Of a DNA stretch of 64,000 bases, positions 15,501 to 30,500 are shown one piece after another. The stretch's first letter is position 1, and each line of letters opens with the position of its first letter. The stretch lies in NCBI GenBank assembly GCA_051294905.1, contig CM119371.1, positions 31,684,001 to 31,748,000 on the forward strand. The letters run 5' to 3'. The stretch is from Botryllus schlosseri (Eukaryota). The notes under the pieces were generated by a model. That model did no database searches. It had not been told where the DNA came from and saw nothing but the letters and a program-made list of their open reading frames with translations. The translations under genes and the position numbers were made by a program.

Positions 15501-18500
15501 GCTTTAGTCTAGGAGTGTTCATATGTGCAGTATGCGCACTGTGCAGCCTGTGGGATCGGGAATAGTTTATAGGAACCAGTATTTTGACCCAGGGCATTTC
15601 CACGATACGAGACATGCGTTCAGCAACACGCGACTCCGTGCGCTCTGTGCGTTGCAAAAATGATTTGCAGGGGTTGGCACATTTTTATCATTTTTATCTT
15701 TGATGGACCTGTCAGTTATCGGCCATGGTACCGAACACCGTATACTTGGAAACGATCAAGGCAACCACAGAACATCGACCATTACGCGACTAAATTTAAA
15801 TGGTAGGTCTAGTGCAGTAGCAATTTCTACTAAACCTCGCTCGGCTAGATCCGACATCTGGCCGGAGAGATATCGCCGATCGCGGTCCCGTGTATCGAAC
15901 TCGTATAGCCCCATGCGTTTCTTATGGGGATTTACGCGATTTTGGAATCGACGATTACAGCTCGCTCCGATCGTATCGCATCGATTCAGGTATCGGCTTA
16001 AGTGGCGCGCCGAAACGAACGCGGTTATACCAGATTCGGCTCGATCGAGCCTTTCTCGGTGGTATCAATTCTCGGTTTTGTCGATTCTCGGTAATGGTCA
16101 TTCTCCGTAATGGTATTCTCGGTAATAGCCATTCTCGGTAATAGTTTTCTCGGTATTATCCATTCTCGGTAATGGTCATTCTCGGTAATAGTATTCTCGG
16201 TAATAATATTTTCGGTAATGTTCATTCTCCGTAATAGTATTTTCGGTAATATAAATTATCGGTAATGTCCATTCTCGGTAATCGCATTCTCGATATTGTC
16301 TGTTCTCGGTAATGTCTATTCCCGGTATTGACCGGTCCCGCCGAAATTTATACACTTTGCGACCAATATACTGAAAGAATCACTGACGTAACCGATGGCG
16401 TTCCCAGCTACAGATATGTGGTTGCTGTGATTCCTTACTTGAAATGCTAAATATGACAAAATTAAAAATGGTTGGCACGCCAGTTGGTAATAGTATACAA
16501 TTATTTGGTATCCTGGCACGCTGCATACGAAAGGTTGTCGACCCCTGCTTTAGTTGATACATTTGCTGACGTTTAATAAGTCAGCATGTTCCTCAGCATT
16601 GTGGCAGAATGTGGGCTGAGTCGTCGCTATAGGTATCTGGCACTGGTATAACAGGGTTACCCTATAACAGGGTTGTAATGAGTCGAGTCACGATTTTTAA
16701 GCGAGTCGACTCGACTCGAGTCATTTTTTGTATTGACAAGACTTGTACTCGAGTCATTATGCATGACTCGAACCAAGTCATATGACTCGAGATTAGGACG
16801 GCCCATACAGATATTTCATTGTAATTTCGAAGAATAGTAAAGTCACCATATTATTGGTATCGATCGTCGATCAGTCCTGATACTTGTGAAATAGGGTCAG
16901 CAACTGTTAGAAATGAAGAAAATGACGGTATTATGAATGCGAGTCATATAACTCGAGCAGAGTTTAAAGAGTGGGCTGATACGGATGTTGCGGTCGCTGA
17001 ACTGCCTGCTGTCTTCCCTTCAACCGACAGCGCCGCAAAGTCTTACATAAATTTCCCGATGTAAATATACGAGAGCTTGAAGTACGGTAGAAACCGTGTA
17101 TTGCTCGAAGTTCCAATAGATCAAATTTCCTTATATCCAAATTATAATACGACACAGCCGTAGCACGAATAAGATATTGACTGAACAAGATCGTTAGATA
17201 CAGTGGGGGAACGTCCGGTGGGCCAACGTCCGGTGGGCCAATTACTATTATTGATACACACAGTAGCCTACCCTATCACAGCTATATCCAGAATATTCCC
17301 TTAGACCAGACCAGGAAGTGTCGTCAAGCATACGCCATCTAGCGAATACAGGTATGGCTCCTAAATTATTGAACCCCCCAAAATTAACATGATGTCCCAC
17401 AGTAACACTGGATTGAACTCAAAACTGAACAGTGAACACAATGACTTGGACTCAGACTCGAGTCACAACACTAAGACTCGCAATCAACCCTCTCCTCAAT
17501 GACTTGGACTCGGACTTGACTCGATGTTGAATTGAAAATATCTCGACTTGACTTGAGTCAAAACTATAAAAGTGACATTGACTTTTCACTCGCAACCATG
17601 TGACTTGGTTACAACCCTGCCCCATTAACAAGTTATACAGTAGCCAACATCGCAATAGTACAGATTGGGTTTTTGTGATACAGTAAACATATCAAATGAA
17701 GATATACTCCTACGCACGCAGGATTTTTTTACATTAGACAACGACGTATTCTTTATATCGATTTCAATGATTGGTTGAATAGGCACCATTCCCTGAATAC
17801 CTATATGTAGTGTATTTCGTTCTGGATGTTGTGTGATTGCGGGTCAAGCTCTCAGCCGAGAATCACTAAATATTCACAAACAGAAAGCTGAATATTATGA
17901 GCAAACCTTTGTGAAAAAGCAAGTAAAAATTCGGATATTGGAAAGGTGCATCATCGTTTAGTGTTGAGTTTTTTTATACTGCCAGCACTTTGCATCGAAT
18001 GGTCCAAAGGTGAATTACGAAGAATTTAAACTAAGTACGTTATAATGAAGTGTAAAATTGTAGTACATTAAATAGGTTTCCAGTCCGGAACCCACCAAGG
18101 GTCGTTTGTGAACTGAACCTCTAAATTTATGCGATTCACACACATAGCGCGAACCTGAACCTCACGTTCACACCATCCGTACTTCATATATACACGGTAT
18201 ATAAAACATGTTTTATTGGAGGTAGCCTACACTTATATTGAAGCAAATTGAAGTACGTATTTATGCATACATACAGCTAGCTGCATGCAGTATTGCCTCT
18301 GTTTTTACGCAGTAGTATTCTACTATATATTTCTAAAGTCAATATACCATATTCTCAATATTATTTGCCGACCGCACAACGCAACTATACAATAACCAAT
18401 TTAAATTCGCCGTGTCGCCAATCGCATAGAGGCGGTATGGCGATATGGTGGTTTGAGCACGTCCGCAAAGATTGTTATGGTAACCCAAAATGTGTTTCAA

Positions 18501-21500
18501 CCATTTTCTAGACCAGCGCAAAAACCCGGATTATAAACTTTCATCATGTCGATTGCAGAATGGCACCGATGCTATGAGGACACCAAGCCATGAAAATCCC
18601 TAAAAGGGTGTGCTGGCGAAGATGCTTTTAAATAACCGTGATCTAAATAAAATTATTAAAAAAATCCATAGTGATAAAGTTCCTCTCACCCTGACATATG
18701 TCTGACTCGACCGGTTCAAGATTTTGCGATAACAGGCAAATCCGTGTACCCCAACCCTTTTGTTGTCGTCCAGCAATCACGTGGTACCCCCATGAGATTC
18801 CGTGGCAAATTCGAGTATTTGGATCGTAACTGGTGTTTCTGTATCTATAAGGAGGCTCGTCTGATCCGTCCCTAAATATACATAATATAATTCCCAAGCA
18901 GAAAGAGCACAGGGTAGATCGTCATGAATTAAGATACGAAGCTTCGAACTCTGCTTTGCAATAATATTTATATACTTTATATACATAATGAAATGAGTTT
19001 ATTCCCGACGGTAAGGATGCTGATGGGTTGGGACATAGCAGGACGAATTCGTGTTCATCGTTACTTCATAGTTTCATCAACAATGAAGGAACACTGAAAA
19101 CTCGCTATCTTGTAGTAAAATCACTACAAACTGTAACAGGTCGCACAAAAACCGCAATACAATTTCCTCAATAAATCAGACATACCCGCAATCAGTTATT
19201 CCATCGCAAAATCGTATGTCATCGATACACCCGTGACCGTCCTGGCAAGCGAATGAGGTCGATGCACAATTATCGCCTGAAATTTACATCATTCAATATG
19301 CGCCCATTAGGTATTTTACTGTAACGATTGAGCAACACACACCGCGAATGTTTCATCGGTGAAGGCGACCCTATACCCAGAGGTCAGGATCCTTTTTAGT
19401 CAAGAGAGCCATATTTGCCTTATATTTTCAATTTGAATTTTCAAAGAGCCATACGTCATGTTACGTCACAATCGAAGTTTCGTGACCTCATGGCGACACG
19501 ATATGGAATTTCATCACGAGCGATTCGTCGAGTGAGCCATATTTTCTATTAAAAAACTGATGGGATGTTATACGACTCACACTTATCAAGCCGTTTGCCC
19601 GACATTTGAGCATGTGTCACACTGAAAAAGAATAGTTGAGCGTCAGGCATTATAGCTCAGCTAACGTGTCTTGAAGCTTGAGGGGATTGCAATGTAAATA
19701 TACGAGAAAGATAAGCAATTCTAGATAGAACTAAAAGTTACGCGTCTTTCACAAGAATCCGTGCAGCATACACGTGCGTGGCCATACCTCAATTGATCAG
19801 CTGGGAGTCAAGAGCCAATCAGTTCCCCTAAGCAGGGATAATAACTTTAGCGACGGAGAATATTGTTAGATGATATCATTTAGAAAAAACACAACGCTAC
19901 AAGCCTACATTTGAGCTACAGTAACAGAATGCCGGACAAACCACCTAACAATCAGGAATGTAGATTATGCAATTTGAATTTGTGATCGGTAATGTCCCTT
20001 CTACGAGATTTCATTTCTAGCCGATGATCGAGAAGACAATGTGGATTTGCATTGCCATACAGGTGTCGCCATATCGACTGTTCAAAAATAACTATTATAT
20101 TGGATTGAGAAATTAGCAATTATAAGCAGGCAACATAACAATGAATTTTAGGTTTTTATAAGGAAGGTTTTTCGAGTCCCTAGAACCAATGAAAACACTG
20201 CTTGGGCATCAAAAGGACATGACGGAGCTACCACAACAATAATCATTCTGACAATTATGCCACAATATTGCTAAATAAGATACGAATTCAGTGTCAAGTT
20301 AAAAGTCTATCAGAGAGCCATATAATATTACCGAAAAGGGTAACAGGCTCCCGTCTTCGGCGATAAACTAGAAACGTGAAACGTGTATTACGCCGATTCC
20401 CAAATTATCATAGGGCACAAAGTATGTAAACGGCAATTCACGGTGTAGAACTTTACTTTCACACCAATTTAACAGAACGAAAACCAGTCACATATAACAA
20501 GGCCAAGGGACATTTATCCTGTGGTCGGATTCAGCTGACTCGCACTGGGTATATCGAACCGTATAAAGCAATTTTATGAGATCAGCAAACCTGTTAGCAT
20601 CACTTGTTACAGTCACTCACCATTTGCACGATAACAGGCTAAAACATTTTTAATTTTGAGTTAAACCGGATAGGAACAAATATGATAATAATAAATTAAA
20701 CGTAAGACTGCAACTGATAAGATTTTACAATGTTGAAATCGCGGCAAAACAGCAATGTTCGAAGTACGTAACAACAGAATGCGATTATATCTTGAAACGC
20801 CATACTAAGAATGATCAAGATTAATTTCGATTTTAGGTGGTATTATGCTATTATTGATAATGTATCAATGCTTTATGGACATTGGAATGACAACACTAAA
20901 AATTTCATCGAACATTCGCGGACCCCTTTTCAGTAGTTCGTGAACCGCCAGGGAGTCTGTGAACTTTAGGAGCTTTTGTCTGGTTAAAAAATTTTAGCGT
21001 CTCCACACAGCGTAATTTCAGTTAAATTGATAAGGACTGTATCTATCAGTGTTGGGATCAAGTCACTACCTTCGAGTCACGAGTCATTTCGAGTCATTGC
21101 ACATTTTGACTCGAGTCAAGTCAAGTCAATCGATTTTCAAAGGTGACTCGAGTCAAGTCAAGTCACTAGATTTTTGGAGGTGACTAGAGTAAAGTCGAGT
21201 CAAGTCAAGTCAAGTCACGAGTCAAGTCACAATTCAAGTCAAGTTGCCTTTTCGAAGTATGAGGCATGCTTACGTCATTGCATATTGCTAGCTGTCTGAA
21301 ATACATATTGAGTGGTCATTGATTCCGAGCCGATGAACGAATATAGAGTTAAATAAACACGCAAGAATGCGCTGTATCGCTCACGCGTGGAACTGCTAAA
21401 CTACGTAAGTAATCACATAGCCTCAGTTTATAGTTACCAGCCAAAATGAAGAATATAGAAACGAAAGAAATTTACAAATCGATATGATACAATTCGAGCC

Positions 21501-24500
21501 TGGGCCAACGCACTGTATAAACTATATTCGAATTCAAGTTCAACACAATAGGTTATGTTAAGGTAAGAATATAGAACAGAAATAGACAGTTTACCATTTT
21601 ATTATTTTACTACTAGCTTACGACAACGTAGCCTGTAAGCTTCGATCACTTCGTTTTGCGATCAATTTATTTGTGAGAGAACAATGGAGGCTCAGTCAAA
21701 CGCACGATTATTGAATGATTGGTCGCTTTCACGGGTTGCACCAGCGTTTCGCGAACAATCCCGACATATGCAAGATGCATTGATTATTATCGACACCGAT
21801 TACTTGATGACTTGAAATTGACTCGTGAATTTTGCTCCGAGTCACGAGTCAATCCACATTTCTGATACGACGAGTCAAGTCAAGTCAAGTCATTTTAGCA
21901 AAGTGACTCGAGTCAAGTCAAGTCATACGAAGAAGGTGACTCGAGTCTGACTCGAGTCAAGTCATGACTCGAGTCATCCCAACACTGGTATCTATGTGCA
22001 CGGAACATAAACAGTTAGGTTGATAATTCAACATCGTAAGGTCCACGTTCGATTGATCTGTTCATTATAAACTATTTTCAAATTTACGTCCACATAAAAT
22101 TGACCGCATTTTGCGTTATCGCGAGCATGGCCGAATCATTAAGGAAATATAATGTGCAGACAGGACGATAATAGGAACATCCTAATGTCACCAGAAATGA
22201 TGGGTCTCGGATATGCACTGTGCGCGTACTTATATGATAATAGTATAAGTGCAAATACTTTCGCAAAATAATTCTTTGTCTTTTATAAATGGAGTTGTAA
22301 TATTGCAGGTTCTGTCGTTTCTGCGGCACATCGTGGCGCTGAGCTTACCACCGAAAGAGCTGCTGTAGTGATATATTTCGTCCGATCTGTCACTAAACGA
22401 GTAGAAGGCAGATGAATAAAGAAACAGATATGAAATGACTTCGATTCATTATTATGAGGGGCTCAAATCCTTATATGTTCGAACGTCATTTGTCAGAGCG
22501 AAGAGATGTTGTCGATGCGCAGTAAATTGTTTACCAGACCGATTTAGCTAGGCCTCCCATATTTTTAGAAATCACAAGATGACTTTTTGCTGGCAAGTAA
22601 AACGAAATTAGTATTGGTTGATTTTAGTTGTATGATATTTTACAATTCCCTGGTAGTTGCACGCAAAACTTGCCAAAACAAGGCAAAGAAAAATTTACAC
22701 AACCGGACACAGAAACAACAAATCAAATTCAGTTTTTTTATTCAGCCCATGAAACATTTGATGTTCTGTCATCTTTTGCCAATAAGGAATGATCATTGAT
22801 ATCGCGGACATGAAATTGTTTAAAGTATACATAATAAATCATAACAAATAAATACGTATCGCCTAAGAGCGTAGATCAAAATATAAGCAAGTTACTACTT
22901 TTAAGGATACATCCATATCAAAACTTTCAATGCATTCAGCAGTCGTACTGAAGATTGTGGTTTTCCGTCTCGACAAGTTCTATGTGTTGATAATTATAGG
23001 ACAGGGCGTGAATAATATTAATATCCATGTTTATTAGGGTTGTCCAAAATTTGGAAAATCTCAAAAAGTCTCCGTGATTGTGTCTCATTCTATAGATTAT
23101 TGATAAAAAACAACAATTAGCCTGAAAGAAGCTTACAGGAAAGCCGTTAAGATTTCGGTCAAAGCGTTTGAAAGTAGCTGGTCAAGAATGGGCGTGCCAC
23201 TGACCATAGAACGGCGAGAAGACTAGTAATCAAATAACCACGGCTCTTGATTGGCTAATCGGCTATGCTTCAATGACCACGGCAGCAGCAGCTTGCTGAT
23301 CAGGTGTTCAAGAAGTCTGCTACCGGCGGGGATTCTGAGTGCGCATTGTTAGTAGTTTGGCAGGTGACGATTTAAGATTAATTCAGGACATGTTGAGGTA
23401 CGAAATACATGATGAACAAACAACACCTGCTTCACAGAAGCTTTTACAGCATGACTGCTTCATTGTGAAGGAAACGGCTGAAGCCTACATGTCGTGTTTT
23501 CATCGAGAGAAAGCAAAGGCGCTTATGCAAGTGTTGAGCGAATTCACCGTTTCAGTACGGATCCACCATCAGAGAATACAAATATATAAAGCTTAACAAT
23601 GACACTATACTTTGTGTGATCTTATTGGATCCCAGTTGTAGTATATAGTGAAGCATTGAAGGTTCTAGGGATCGAATGAATCGGCCGGTTATGCTTGTCA
23701 GTTATACTTACAGCAAATTGAATTCACTTATAAGAGTTGTCAAAGACCAAATCCATGTTACTGATCTTATAGATACTATTGATCGTACATACCTAACAAA
23801 ATGTTCAATTTGCAACTGCACAAGGCCATCGTAAGTAAACATATTGCCTTGTTTGACACTTCTCATAGAAACGCGATTTCTCTTGTTGCTTCATTTCATA
23901 TAAATTTGAAACGTGTTCTACACATCGAATGTTTGATACAGGTTCGTCAGGATATGGGCATATGATCAACATCTATTCATTGAAGTCTACAGTCACTTCG
24001 TATAACTTATAAAACGGATGATTCAACTGTCTGTATGATGTTGTTATTACAGGCGCGAGTACTGTACAGTCGCGCCAACTTACACACCCATGTCTGCAGT
24101 GTTTAGCACTGGCGTCGTGTAACGTATATAAGACCAACCTTCGTGATACTGATCTTGTTGAAGTGTTATGGACTGCATCTAACTATGTGTGTGACATTCA
24201 ACTGTATAAGACAATCGTAAGTGAATGTATATGGCCTTATGCGGCAATGCTCATACGTGCGCGGCATTTTTCACGTAACAGCATATTGCTTTATTTCACA
24301 CCAAGTTGAAGCGTGTTCTATCCAACTAATTCTCGATATTATGGTTGCAATGAACTCTTGCGATCAACAACTACTCTAAAACGACAACTGTGTCTGCTTA
24401 CGACGTGTAGAACGGAAGATATAAGGAATTATAAGATTAGCGTTCATTCAGGCGAACTGAGCTACACATTGTATTTTGCGGGAAACGTTTTCCTGTATTC

Positions 24501-27500
24501 AATCTGAATTTTGGACAGGTTATGCCATAAGGCAATCGGTTATATATAGCTGGTCGTATGCGTATCGACAATCGCTACTTATAGACGATCATTGTAACCG
24601 TTTATGACCCCTACAACGCAAGATGTCGTTAATTGATTGAAGCGTGTTTGTGGAAAACTGTGCATGGATCCTCCAGGATGCACCCGCGGCGAAAGGGTTA
24701 ATGATGCTGCAGAAAAGAGGTTTAAGGTAAGCACAGGCTATGCTGGATACTATTTGCAGCGTAGTCTGTGCTTTTCTTTACACCTCTTTTCTGCGGGATC
24801 AATAGAGACTTTGACATACCATATCCAGCACAGCCTTTGCGAGTGTGCGTACATTGCCACCTCTTTTATGCGTTATTATTAAGGACTTTACCAACGCCTA
24901 CAAGTGCATTCAATTTGTTATAAGCATCTGATAAGGGCCAAGCATAACCGGCTGATTCCGCCGATCCCTAGAGCCTTCAAAACGTCACCTATATACTACA
25001 GCTTTAGCCCAATAAGATCACACAACGTATAGTGTCATTGCTAAGCATTATATATTTGTATTCACTGATAGTGGATCCGTACTGAAACGGTGAATTCGCT
25101 CAACACTTGCATAAGCGCCTTTGCTTTCTCTCGATGAAAACACGACATGTAGGCTTCAGCCGTTTCCTTCACAATGAAGCAGTCATGCTGTAAAAGCTTC
25201 TGTGAAGCAGGTGTTGTTTGTTCATCATGTATTTCGTACCTCAACATGTCCTGAATTAATCTTAAATCATCACCTGCCAAACTACTAACAATGCGCACTA
25301 AGAATCCCCGCCGGTAGCAGACTTCTTGAACACCAGATCAGCAAGCTGCTGCTGCCGTGGTCATTGAAGCATAGCCGATTAGCCAATCAAGAGCCGTGGT
25401 TGTTTGATTACTAGTCTTCTCGCCGTTCTATGGTCAGTGGCACGCCCATTATTGACCAGCTACTTTCAAACGCTTTGACCGAAATCTTAACGGCTTTCCT
25501 GTAAGCTTCTTTGAGGCTAATTGTTGTTTTTTATCAATAATCTATAGAATGAGACACAATCACAGAGACCTTTTTAAATTTTCCAAATTTTGGACAACCC
25601 TAATGTTTATATTGTTTCCATGGTTTGCTCTCAATCACATAAGGATTAAACATGTGAAGTGCATATGTCACACTTGGCAAACGGATGCTAGTATAATATT
25701 TATAAACTCCCCCAAAACGTTCGAGTTTAACACTGATAGGTAGGTATGAATTACAGGGTTTTGGGGCTCAACTACTAGGCTTTTTGCCCGAGAATATAAA
25801 GCGATAATGACACTTGCGTGAGAATACTCAACCGCTTATATACTTATTGCGGTCTACTTACAGGCAGTTTGCCATCCCGTTGCAGAAGCCTGATTTCGGT
25901 ATGCATTGTGAGCCGTCCGCGCATGGAAATTCATGCAGGAATTTACACGTTGAACCTGAAAACATGTGAAATATTGACGGGATTTCAGTCTAAACGAGTC
26001 AAACTACGGATTCGAATCAGATTGTCGCTGTCATCCTCAAAGGTCATGCGTTGTGAAATTTGCGTGACTAGGTCTTTCCAGTTGGATGTATCGATGGATG
26101 CAAGTGCAAAATGTGTATTCAAATTAAATCGATATGTTTCTACACTACAAAATAGCACACTTTCGGATTGAGGACACGACCGCCTACAGTGATATGAGGC
26201 CGGCTTGATATCGATCATGTTGTGACAAGTCACGTATTTCTGCGTATACTACAATATATTTTCACACTTATAGCCTATACTCAGATATACCTTGACAAAG
26301 CTCATCTTTGTGTGCGTAAAGCTGAGATGGCAATATGCAAACTCTCCGAGTAAACATAGACGTTTTCCTGCCACATACGATTATGCTAGAACTAGCACTG
26401 ATATTTGAAGTCCGGTACGGCTCGTCTGATCCATCTCTAGAACACATTAATTGCAAATGCAGTGATGAACATTGTTACGAAGTCAGGATATTCATATGTA
26501 CAGTTATAAAATCAAATTCCCATTCAATCTCAATCTGTTCATCGATCATGCGCAGAGAACAGACTTAAATTGAATTATAATTTAGTCGATTTTTTGAAAA
26601 ATGTCCATTGCGACGTCCCGTAAAAACAAGTGAATTCACTGTTACCAAGCTGCTGCGCCTTGCGCTAAAATTCAATCATAATATGTTCACTGAAGACTGG
26701 TCATGAATTGGAAGCTGCGACTTCATTTACTTATACCAGGGGTGTCTAACATACGGCCTGCCGGCCGCATCCGGCCCTCAGATGATTTCATCCGGCCCGC
26801 GAGGCAATTCTGAGTAGATTGACCTATCCCTGTATTATCCAATGCATTTTTAACAAATGTTGAGATATGCTACTAATATCGTAAGAAATTCTTCCCACAA
26901 ACAAGGCAGGAAATGTTAAGATCAGAGGCCAGATTATAATTATATGGAAGCGGTGACGTGTTTTGATCATAAGTCATCATAAGGAGGTGGTCGGGAACCT
27001 TTTTCGACAGAAGGGCAATATTAACCCAATATTTCCAATTGTAACTCTCAAAGGGCCATAAATATCAATCGACTTTTACGTCACAATTGAAAATTCGTGA
27101 AGTATTGATAGCACTAATTTATGGGATTCGTACTGTGCGCCATATTTTTCTGCCCACATGCCTAGGTGGAGCCAAACGTGGTCACTACAGCAATGCATAC
27201 CCACTGCAGGGGGTGATACGTCAGTGAGGTGGGGTTAGAGGAGGCAAGTGAGGCAGTGCCTCACTTGTCGTCAGGGATGAGCGAGGGAAAATTGTGAAAC
27301 CTTCAACGAATATTATTGGCATTTTTATCGATGTTCATAAATGATTAGATTTTGAACATTTCTATTCCCAAAATCACGTAATTTTCATATTTGTTGTTCG
27401 AAAATAAAGCACGAAAGGAGAGTAAAGGCACAGCTGAGGCACAGACGGTCCAAGCTTCACCTGTGATAGCGCAGCTCTTCGTAAACATACCTTATATCAT

Positions 27501-30500
27501 TGAAATTATTCAAATGAAATTGTCGTGCTGATTCCGAAAATCTAATATTGATTGACTCGTTAAGTACTCGTCGTAACATAACACTACACAACACACCTTC
27601 ATTCTACGGCTGTCATAGAAAGCTACTTACGTTACCAATCAATAACGTGGATAGCTATGGCGTTGTTTTTAATTTGAAATTGTATTTGGTAATTTCATTT
27701 CCAAGGAAGTTTATTTGTCGTCGTAGATCTAGAAGACAACGAGTATTTGAAAACTGCATTGTCCTACAGGCGTCGCTATGTCAAGGTATCAATCAAGGTA
27801 TCGTGCTATCCAAGATTTCGAGGCGCGCGATGGCTGGTACATCCAATTCGCCAGTGGTGTTAGCCGCCGGCATGACAGCAACCTAAATTTGAGGATTTTT
27901 AAAAGGGGGGTCCGAGCCCCTAACCCTGGTTAACCCACTGTCTTGACCTCTCAAAGGCATGTCTATGCTGCCACGGAAATAATTATTCAGGCCGTCATGA
28001 AAATTTACAAAGAAGTTGCTGCAATATTGATAAATTCAGTACCAAATTAAAAATTTGTCAAAGAGCCATATCTTATACCGAAAAGAGCCATATATGGCAC
28101 TCGAGCCATAGGTTCCCGACCACTGCCATAAGGGATAAGTTAGCAGAGGTGGTCAGGAACGAATTTCTTCAACTTTTCCGAAGTTATCAAGTAGTTTTCC
28201 TCTACTTCTGGTATTTACTCAAGTAGACCTTTTTTTCGCTACTTCTACTTCTACCTTGCACTATTTTATGAACTACTAACTTACTTTTCGCTATTTTAGT
28301 TTGTCAAGTAGAAGTAGTTTAATCCCCGAGTTAAAAAGTTAGCCTAAGGATTTTCGGGGCTGTTTTTACGAAGTACCAATATTTAATTTTCATAAAAGTC
28401 ATGTAATTCCCAGAATTTTCCTCCGCTTCGCACACAGTAGTGGTGTGACATATATGTTTTACCGGAAATGTCACTGAATATAACTTAGATGACGGGTTGC
28501 GTGGTTCCGTTCACACCGCATTGTCGCCTATATCAAATATTTCATCACAGTAAGTATCGACCCCCATAACGTTTGAAACTATCGTTTCGCAATCTAGCAA
28601 TAACCTATTGTACCTAGCAGCCCAAGACGTGTCCTAATCTGGAAAAGTGGACTTCGACCCTTTTTTAACGTTAGACCTGTTGTAGCTGACCACCGTTGAT
28701 ACTTTCTGGATAAAAGACATGAAATATATTTCCGGTTTTTAGAAGTAGCATTTGTATATTTCTTTCAATTACGAGTATTATACGTTGAGCTCTAATCATA
28801 GGTTCCGTTCTTTTGTCTGGAAAACATACATGTTGAAGTAAAAAGGCAAGTTTAGTAATGCCTTATATTTTCCAAAAATAAAGCTATACACTACATGGCA
28901 ATTTCACGATTTGTCATATTTTTAATTAACAAATACTAATCGCGCTAGCTATTAAAGCCGTATCCGACACAACTTCTCCGTATTGCTCTTCAACTGAACT
29001 AGGGGCCTTATAACATGGGGGAGGGCGCCATGCCATGATATTCTCTAAAACGGGGTGTTCGATTAAACAAAGAATTAGTATTGCATTCCATATCAATACT
29101 ATCATTTGCCTCCCATGATATGGACGACTGCTTATTCTGTCAAAAATTGATACCTCCTGGAATGCATCAATATGAATCACGCTCTATACACCTTCCGCAT
29201 ACCTTAATTTGCAGTTTTTGACAGTCCATGCGAACGAATTAGGACCGTTTTCAAAAATACTTATTTACTTGAGCAGATTTAAATTCAGTCAATTTTACTT
29301 CTACTTCAAGTAGTTTTGGGGGGCTTAGGAAAGAAGTACTTCTACTTGTACTTGAGTAGATTTTTTTCGTCGCTACTTCTACTTCCACTTGAGTAGCTTT
29401 CTTGACTACTTTGACCACCTCTGTAAGTTAGTGACACTGACATCCAATTTCCAAAACTCAAAAAGTTCACACTGCGTTCAGGAAAAAACAGGCAAAAAGT
29501 AGTTATCCGCGAAGCGAAAAGTCAAAGCTAAACTCTTATATTCAGGTTGCATGGAGAATATAACAGTAACAAAATATTGTAATTCAAATCTATTTGGTCG
29601 AACTGCTGTATCTGTCCTGACTCAAATGGTTCCAGACAGACAGAGAAACCCGTATCGCACGATTAGTGAGAATGGGCCAAATTTTACCGACCGCGTTTTC
29701 AGTTAAACTCCTCACAACGCATTTGCAGTCAGGTTGCATTCAACACAAAAATCATTTCAAAACAAACATGTTTAAAACATGATCCTCATTTAGAATATGT
29801 TTGTTCTGTTTGTTTTGATTTTTAGCCATGACGTCACTAATATTTAATTGTAACACCACAATGGATTGACATTGGCAATTGAAAATATTGGGTGAATAAG
29901 GCTCCTTCGACGAAAAGGGCTTCCGACCACTGTCATCAACAGACCAAAGTATCTTTAAACAGGACTACATCGTTATACAGCATTTTTACGATCGGCGATC
30001 ATCATCATCAAAACACCTATTCCGTACCAATTATTTATATCTACTTGGTATAACTGTCGCACCAATACAATTTTGAGGGCTCTAGCCACTCTATATCGTA
30101 TACGTAGGCTAAATTAGGTGCAAATCGTCAGTAGGCTACATGCTTTCCTAACGTATTTACACAATTATGACATAATTATACAACGTCTGAAAAAAACACC
30201 AATTCGTGTTTTCAAAAAAACATTGGTTTTAAATCACCGTTTTTTTTTAGTGCAACCCCATTATGCAGCGTTAACGCCAGATTACTACTAAAACAGAGAG
30301 ATAATAGACGATTGCCAACTTATTCCGTCGTTAGCGTCGGTGTTTTAGCGGTTGAATTGATACGAACAATCTTCGAATTTTGCCTAAACTTTCCGTTGTT
30401 TGCGAATATAGGCGTTGCTAGAATATAAACCTATGATCCGTAATGTAATGTACTATACAATTATGTACACAGGATTGATAATAATAATATAGTATTCTGG

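Noticed and set aside
16064..16325. Regularly spaced short repeats resembling a CRISPR array
   Set aside because: Units are contiguous with no unique spacers, there are no cas genes and the context is eukaryotic; it is a minisatellite.
23339..25298. Two near-identical ORFs (85 aa +, 78 aa -) MRIVSSLAGDDLRL…
   Set aside because: They are mirror images within the inverted arms of the 23035-25602 element. Non-ATG or inconsistent starts and no recognisable domain.
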